Positions 58,943 through 64,000 of a stretch of DNA of 64,000 nt are shown here, one piece after another. The position numbers were made by a program, and so were the translations under genes. The stretch comes from a virus. The notes beneath the pieces were generated by a model. That model had not been told where the DNA came from and did no database searches. It was given only the letters and a program-made list of their open reading frames with translations. The first letter of the stretch is position 1. Every line of letters starts with the position of its first letter. The DNA is taken from IMG/VR virus record IMGVR_UViG_3300027710_000017, positions 29,085-93,084 of that record; one strand, written 5' to 3'.

Positions 58943-59176
58943 ATGAGCCAGATTTATGTAGACAAGAAGCCTAGTGTAAAGGATACTACTTGGACCAGGA
59001 TCTTTCATTACAATACCGCCCAGGTTATGGAATCGGATCGCTACTATGACTTCTATAAGGCTGTAGTTGAAGGAGAGCGACCAAAGTATTTCTTTGGAGA
59101 ATCTGCATGGATGAATTGCCAACGATATGTAGTTGACAAAATTGGCATGCAGGGCTATAATGTATTTAGAAGATAA
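58943..59176 (+). CDS. hypothetical protein
   Basis: ORF; KYFFGESAW motif. Confidence 0.65.
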   Translation: MSQIYVDKKPSVKDTTWTRIFHYNTAQVMESDRYYDFYKAVVEGERPKYFFGESAWMNCQRYVVDKIGMQGYNVFRR

Positions 59177-59197
59177 CCCCGATAGAAAGCAGACCCC

Positions 59198-59740
59198 ATG
59201 CATGTATTACAATGGATAGCTACAGAAGCTGATAATAAAGATGAGGCCTATCGTAGAGTAGAAGATACTCTGCAGGAAATGCTAGGCGACTTTGAATTAC
59301 CAACCCTTACTTGGTATGACTGGTTTGTCGTAGGTGGCGGACGTTGGAATACTAAGGATGATGAAAGCGCTACTGCTGCCTACACTGAAGGTAAAACTAA
59401 TCTAATTATCTCCTATGATGAAAGTCCAGAACCTTTTCTAACTGGTATCCTAAGAGCATTGGAAGACCGTAAAGCTGAGTTTGATAACTATGCCAAAGAC
59501 GTAGACAGCAGTGTAATAGATAAGATAATCAAAGACTATAACCCTAAAGAGTTTGACTTCCCTGCATTTCAGTCTCTTTATGTTATCAAGAAGGTTATTG
59601 ACATGGCCTATGGCACATGGGATTTCAATGCATACTTTTATGACATGGTCAATGATACAACTACCCCAAAGTATTTGTATGAATCTATTGACAAAGGCAA
59701 CAAAAACTGGTATCTTGTACCTGTAGACTTTCATTTCTAA
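59198..59740 (+). CDS. conserved phage protein
   Basis: MH...WYDWFVVGGGRW...LVPVDFHF. Confidence 0.8.
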   Translation: MHVLQWIATEADNKDEAYRRVEDTLQEMLGDFELPTLTWYDWFVVGGGRWNTKDDESATAAYTEGKTNLIISYDESPEPFLTGILRALEDRKAEFDNYAKDVDSSVIDKIIKDYNPKEFDFPAFQSLYVIKKVIDMAYGTWDFNAYFYDMVNDTTTPKYLYESIDKGNKNWYLVPVDFHF

Positions 59741-59752
59741 GAGAGGACCCCA

Positions 59753-60160
59753 ATGCTAAAGTTTCCAGAAGTAAAGTATGTTGAGCTAACTTGGAAAGAG
59801 TTTGAGCAACAGTTTAGACCTATCAAAAATCACTTCCGTAAAGACCCAGACGAGATTATGTTTGAGACCTATGGTGAGGAGCTAGACTTTGTTGTATCTA
59901 AAGTAGAGGACAATGTTGTTTGGACCTATGCTGATGGTGATTACTGTTCCTATGTTAGTGGAGGCTATCACTATGTAAACAGGATTGGCTATTACATTAC
60001 CGAGGTCCCTATGGAGAAAGACACAGAGTATCAGATTATCGTAAGCACCGAAGAAGAGTGTGAGTGTTACAACGAGGAAGGTTATGAAGATGGAGAAATG
60101 GGCAGAGCCGATTGTGAAAAATGCGAGGGGTATGGACTTGTCACTAACTACGTCGACTAG
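59753..60160 (+). CDS. hypothetical protein with C-terminal Zn finger
   Basis: GYHYVNRIGYYITE; CEKCEGYG. Confidence 0.75.
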   Translation: MLKFPEVKYVELTWKEFEQQFRPIKNHFRKDPDEIMFETYGEELDFVVSKVEDNVVWTYADGDYCSYVSGGYHYVNRIGYYITEVPMEKDTEYQIIVSTEEECECYNEEGYEDGEMGRADCEKCEGYGLVTNYVD

Positions 60161-60497
60161 AAACCAAAACAAAGATAAGACGCATATTGTCTATGACCTA
60201 AACATCTACCAGCTAGAGCAGTTGGACTCAGATGGTGAGTACAGACATTTTGGCCCATGGTATATACATGTCTATGAATATGAAAACAGTAACATCGAAG
60301 AAGTTACAGCTCCAATAGAGTTAACTCAGGAGGAGTACGATAGTCTTATTGCTAATGACCCATACTTTGACGAGCCAGACGTATGGTATGGCCTAGAAGG
60401 ATTTCTATTTGAAAAGTGGGACCAGCTGGACGATCGTTTAAAGATGGTATTTGAATGTCTACCCAAGTACAAGGAAGATGCATTAGTAGATAACTAA
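60138..60497 (+). CDS. hypothetical acidic protein
   Basis: 3' part of track ORF 60060..60497; start uncertain. Confidence 0.55.
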   Translation: MSLTTSTRNQNKDKTHIVYDLNIYQLEQLDSDGEYRHFGPWYIHVYEYENSNIEEVTAPIELTQEEYDSLIANDPYFDEPDVWYGLEGFLFEKWDQLDDRLKMVFECLPKYKEDALVDN

Positions 60498-60599
60498 ATA
60501 AGGATTGATACGTCGAGCCTAGCTCCGTATCATGGATAACTGGTTAGGGGTAGCCAGGGTATCCGAACGGGGTGTCAGGACTCTTTCCTACTTTCAGTC

Positions 60600-60628
60600 T
60601 TGACACCCCAACTAATTTTTGATACAAT
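60600..60628 (+). promoter_or_regulatory. sigma70/SigA-type promoter
   Basis: TTGACA-N17-TACAAT, with the -35 lying in the 3' arm of a 14-bp hairpin. Confidence 0.7.
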
Positions 60629-60647
60629 GTCATAGGAGAATAATACA

Positions 60648-60857
60648 ATGAGGCACTTGAAACCAACGAAAGAACTAAGGGTAGCTGTAAAAATGTCAGA
60701 CCTTGTCAATGACCTAACGCTAGACCTAGACCAAGTTGGAACATACATAGCAACTAACAACGCTACCACTTACAGACGAATTATGGAAGTTGCTGATTCG
60801 GCTAGGTATGAAAAAGAGCAAATGTGGAAGGACAATAATGACGACAACCTTTTCTAA
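60648..60857 (+). CDS. hypothetical protein
   Basis: RBS AGGAG. Confidence 0.7.
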   Translation: MRHLKPTKELRVAVKMSDLVNDLTLDLDQVGTYIATNNATTYRRIMEVADSARYEKEQMWKDNNDDNLF

Positions 60858-61113
60858 CAAGTGTGAAATACTTGGAGAACTTTGGATGGACTACAGAGAA
60901 GACGAAGAGTTCCAAGACTTTGTGGAATACAATGACTTGGGATTGCCATTAGCATATATGGTTGCTAGTGGAATCATAGCTACACCAACAGAGAAGGCAG
61001 AGGACATTGTAAACGAAACCTTTGACCTATTCCTAGGCTCTATGAGTATCAAAGACATTGGCTTCGAAACTTTGCCAGATGTGTTTGATGTAGCAGCGAA
61101 CCCACCAGAGTAA
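60838..61113 (+). CDS. hypothetical protein
   Basis: KCEILGELW...YNDLGLPLAY. Confidence 0.75.
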   Translation: MTTTFSNKCEILGELWMDYREDEEFQDFVEYNDLGLPLAYMVASGIIATPTEKAEDIVNETFDLFLGSMSIKDIGFETLPDVFDVAANPPE

Positions 61114-61226
61114 AACCAGGGATCTGGCTTCGGCCAGAAACTTGGCGCACCACATCTTTGTCCATTTGTCAAGGGTATTACGATAACAATTTGATTACGA
61201 TGGATCATATTTTTCCCCAGAATATA

Positions 61227-61360
61227 CAAACCTTTCTATCTTATAGACATTACGAACATGTCCAAAAAATCCCAGAAAGTTAGATAGGTATCAAACCTTA
61301 TATAAATAGACATTAAGAACCCAAGTGAAAAAATCCCAGAAAGTTGGATATAAGGTTTGG
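61227..61360. repeat. imperfect ~63-bp tandem duplication
   Basis: ATAGACATTAnGAAC at 61243/61306 and AAAAATCCCAGAAAGTT at about 61266/61329. Confidence 0.7.
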
Positions 61361-61393
61361 GGGTATCAATGAATACACTGCTATACTTGATAT

Positions 61394-61588
61394 ATGAGTC
61401 CAAGAAGGTATTTCCAAGCATTCAGTAATATGCCTATACCTGACTATGGTAAAGATCTAGGTACTACACTATGGTCTGCCTTTACTGTTATCAGTGGTTT
61501 GGATAAGTTATTTAGATTTACCCCGCCTACAATCACTAATGGTTTGGATAATGATAAGGCATCTACAGATCAAACCGTAGATAAATAG
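61394..61588 (+). CDS. hypothetical protein, leaderless
   Basis: TGCTATACT 6 nt before ATG. Confidence 0.5.
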   Translation: MSPRRYFQAFSNMPIPDYGKDLGTTLWSAFTVISGLDKLFRFTPPTITNGLDNDKASTDQTVDK

Positions 61589-61745
61589 ACATTACGATAG
61601 TCTTAAAAATTTCGGGGAATAACCAAATCATTCTGACAAATATCCCCTATATATATAACAATAACAAACCATTTATCCCTGATATCTGCATATTTTTATA
61701 GGGGTTTTTAGGCTATAAAGGTTTGATATTTATGTGGTTTGGCTA

Positions 61746-61774
61746 TTGACATTATAAAGGTTTGAGTGTATAAT
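61746..61774 (+). promoter_or_regulatory. perfect consensus promoter
   Basis: TTGACA-N17-TATAAT. Confidence 0.7.
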
Positions 61775-61879
61775 GGTTTGAGAAAGATTACGATCCAAGG
61801 TTTTATAGGTTCCATTACACAATACTAATATCAAAACCTCTCTTCACTATCTAAACCAATACAATCAGTAAGATCTATA

Positions 61880-61920
61880 TGTGGATAACTCTGTGTATAA
61901 CTATCTAAAACTGTGTATAA
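61880..61920 (-). promoter_or_regulatory. three DnaA boxes
   Basis: TTATCCACA (61880), TTATACACA (61892, 61912). Confidence 0.65.
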
Positions 61921-62070
61921 CTTATCATAAAAATGGGGGTATCCAAACCTCTGTATGGGGACTATGGGGCTATGGGGTTATCGTCTATAATGGTTTATTA
62001 GGTATGCTGCTATGAAGCAAGCCAAGCCTATCAGGATGTTATCCATAGGGTGTTATTCTTTCTATAGGTA

Positions 62071-62301
62071 TTACGAAGGCTTCGATTTATTCCCCGAAAA
62101 TTTAGTGCTACCCCATTTGACTCTAAGCCAGAGTCTCTCATGGATGTAGTATAGAATAAAGTTAATTCCATTTGATACCAAAGCAAGAGATGCTGAGAAG
62201 GCTAGGCTACCTGTCATAATTAGACCTACTAAGAATGTGGTTATGATTGCTATGACTCTCCAGCTAATGGACTTAGCTAAGGATCTTTTCTTGCTAACCA
62301 T
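62071..62301 (-). CDS. DUF2061-like membrane protein
   Basis: RSLAKSISWR...YYIHERLW. Confidence 0.85.
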   Translation of the reverse strand: MVSKKRSLAKSISWRVIAIITTFLVGLIMTGSLAFSASLALVSNGINFILYYIHERLWLRVKWGSTKFSGNKSKPS

Positions 62302-62500
62302 CTATTTCCCAGTCTCCTGCATATCCAAAACATACCCCACCAGTAGACTTATCCCAGAGAGCAATCTCTCCTAGCTGTAGGTATTTAATCTGACTAGGCG
62401 ATGTGATATGGAACATCCAGCTACCCTCTGATATTGCAAACTCAGTGTCTACATCACTCATGAGGTTGATGTGGGTGTCTCTCTTTGCTGTAGCAAACAT
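62294..62500 (-). CDS. hypothetical protein
   Basis: Coupled ORF between two DUF2061-like genes. Confidence 0.55.
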   Translation of the reverse strand: MFATAKRDTHINLMSDVDTEFAISEGSWMFHITSPSQIKYLQLGEIALWDKSTGGVCFGYAGDWEIDG

Positions 62501-62501
62501 G

Positions 62502-62699
62502 CTACTTGATCTTTACAAACTTAGCCCAGACACGTTCATGAATGAAGTATCCGACAGCTTCCCAAGCGATGTATAGTAATGCTCCCAGAGTAGCATATTC
62601 CCATTCTCCTGTGAATAGGTAAATTACTCCAGCTACTCCGACTAGGTGAAAGATCTCCCAGCTGAGTGTTTTGATTAAGCTTCTCTTTGTGCTTTCCAT
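62502..62699 (-). CDS. DUF2061-like membrane protein
   Basis: RSLIKTLSW...YFIHERVW. Confidence 0.8.
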   Translation of the reverse strand: MESTKRSLIKTLSWEIFHLVGVAGVIYLFTGEWEYATLGALLYIAWEAVGYFIHERVWAKFVKIK

Positions 62700-62707
62700 A
62701 GCTATCC

Positions 62708-63058
62708 TTATTCTGCTATTAGCCAGTCCAGAAGTTCTGGATTGTCTCTCATGAACATTAGCAAAGCATTCTCATAGATGCCGATAAAGTAGTGCTCCCA
62801 CTTCTCATACTCCGACTCTTTCTCTGGCAAACCATTCTCAAAGATCATACGCATAGCATGAAGAATCTCATGCATTAGAACTACCTTTTGTTTGCTTAAT
62901 GCTATATCGTTTGCTACGACAATTAGATTACCCTGGTCAAGAGTATACCCCTGGGAACCATCGTTTAGCATACCATCTAGATTGGTATCACGATATTCTA
63001 CCTCATACGTCTGTGGCCCAACCTTAACAGACTTGGGTCTTGGATCCTTTACGACCAT
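62708..63058 (-). CDS. HExxH metallopeptidase-like phage protein
   Basis: LMHEILHA...DNPEL. Confidence 0.75.
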   Translation of the reverse strand: MVVKDPRPKSVKVGPQTYEVEYRDTNLDGMLNDGSQGYTLDQGNLIVVANDIALSKQKVVLMHEILHAMRMIFENGLPEKESEYEKWEHYFIGIYENALLMFMRDNPELLDWLIAE

Positions 63059-63176
63059 GTTTTTCCTTAGCTCAATTTACTACAATTATACCCCATTTGG
63101 GGGGTCCATGTCAAGCAGGAATACCAGAGAATGTCAAGACGGAGTCTTGTATGTATCTCTTATTTTCCGCCGAACT

Positions 63177-63935
63177 TTAATTATTAGTCTCTATAATGCG
63201 AGTATAGGTAATTTCGCTGTTACCGTTGCCCTTAGCCCAGCCCTTAATAGAGCGTATCTCAGTCCTGTCTCCTGGCTTACCACCTGCGTGAATCATCTCG
63301 TCAGGGCCTATGTAGATACCGATGTGATAGGCACTACCGTAGCTTTGGTAATTAAAGGATACAAGGTCTCCGATCTTTGGCTCAGTTACGATAGCCCCAG
63401 AAACTCTTTGAACAGAAGCTCTGTGCTCAAGGTCAACGCCAAGGTGAGCGTATGTCCACTTGACAAGTCCTGAGCAATCCCATGCAGCTGGAGTAGATCC
63501 ACTAAAGACCCAAGGGGTTTTTCCAATTTGCTTCTTGACTAAAACCAAGGTCTCGTTTAGTGTCTTGGTGTCACTGGCAACCTTTTCCAGTCTGGCAATC
63601 TCTGCCTCTAGCTCATCCTGCTTTTTTTCAGCATCGGACTTGAGCTTATCCTTTGCTGCCTTTTCCTGGGCCATCCAATCGACTGAGCCGATGAGGGGTG
63701 GGTCTGAAGCCAGGACTGGCCCAACTGCCAGCTCCAAGGCCTTCACTGGCCCTGAGAAGATAACTTCTGTTGTTACTGGGGAATCAATTACTGGTGTTGG
63801 CTTTGTTACTTGTGTTACTGGTTGTTCTTTGTTCGATAATTCTGTGGTCTCTATCATAGCTCCGAATGCTACTCCAGTACCACTTGTAAGTAGCAATGCA
63901 ATCATACCAATTGCGATGAACCTTTTTCTTTCCAT
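63177..63935 (-). CDS. secreted NlpC/P60 peptidoglycan endopeptidase
   Basis: Signal/TM N-terminus, coiled coil, WDCSGLV, PKIGDLV, HIGIY, MIHA. Confidence 0.92.
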   Translation of the reverse strand: MERKRFIAIGMIALLLTSGTGVAFGAMIETTELSNKEQPVTQVTKPTPVIDSPVTTEVIFSGPVKALELAVGPVLASDPPLIGSVDWMAQEKAAKDKLKSDAEKKQDELEAEIARLEKVASDTKTLNETLVLVKKQIGKTPWVFSGSTPAAWDCSGLVKWTYAHLGVDLEHRASVQRVSGAIVTEPKIGDLVSFNYQSYGSAYHIGIYIGPDEMIHAGGKPGDRTEIRSIKGWAKGNGNSEITYTRIIETNN

Positions 63936-64000
63936 TTGGCGACCTCCTTATTTATTTCTTGGTCGTTTATTGTTAGTGGGGGGTTCCCCTATTAAATTAT

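Noticed and set aside
51363-61151. Integron attC array or CRISPR interpretation of the periodic junction motif
   Set aside because: No integrase or cas gene in the window, no GTTRRRY/RYYYAAC attC ends, spacing irregular (0.8-2.6 kb) and the shared core is only 8 bp
62892-63473. 193-aa + strand ORF
   Set aside because: Antisense to the well-supported HExxH and NlpC/P60 genes

Overview
A 64-kb segment of a large, AT-rich tailed (siphovirus-like) phage. The host is most likely a low-GC Actinobacterium; this is inferred from leaderless TGnTATAAT promoters, AGAAAGGA ribosome-binding sites and PafBC-type promoter motifs. The minus strand from 1 to about 48 kb carries a DnaB helicase (truncated by the window), the tail tip, a 2973-aa tape measure protein with inserted cargo domains, and tail, neck, capsid, protease/scaffold and portal genes. 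It continues into a long fibre/decoration region, where proline-rich appendage proteins are each followed by 2OG-Fe(II) oxygenase cassettes. 47.5-50.3 kb is a further oxygenase cluster. 50.3-62 kb is an early/terminal-repeat-like region of tiny ORFs arranged in roughly 1-kb cassettes, and it holds the most unusual signals. (i) Twelve promoters match the actinobacterial DNA-damage PafBC/RecA-NDp consensus TGTCRG-N10-TAnnnT with exact spacing (two have variant hexamers). (ii) A GGCGCACC junction motif usually occupies the -10 position of an otherwise near-consensus TTGACA-N17 promoter. (iii) GATC is absent from the coding sequence of 50.2-59.0 kb but present at every junction. (iv) Co-varying H-type pseudoknots and hairpins display the 16S anti-Shine-Dalgarno sequence in their loops. 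(v) DnaA boxes bracket the region. The window ends with DUF2061-like, HExxH and NlpC/P60 genes. All product calls come from motif recognition by eye; no database searches were run.
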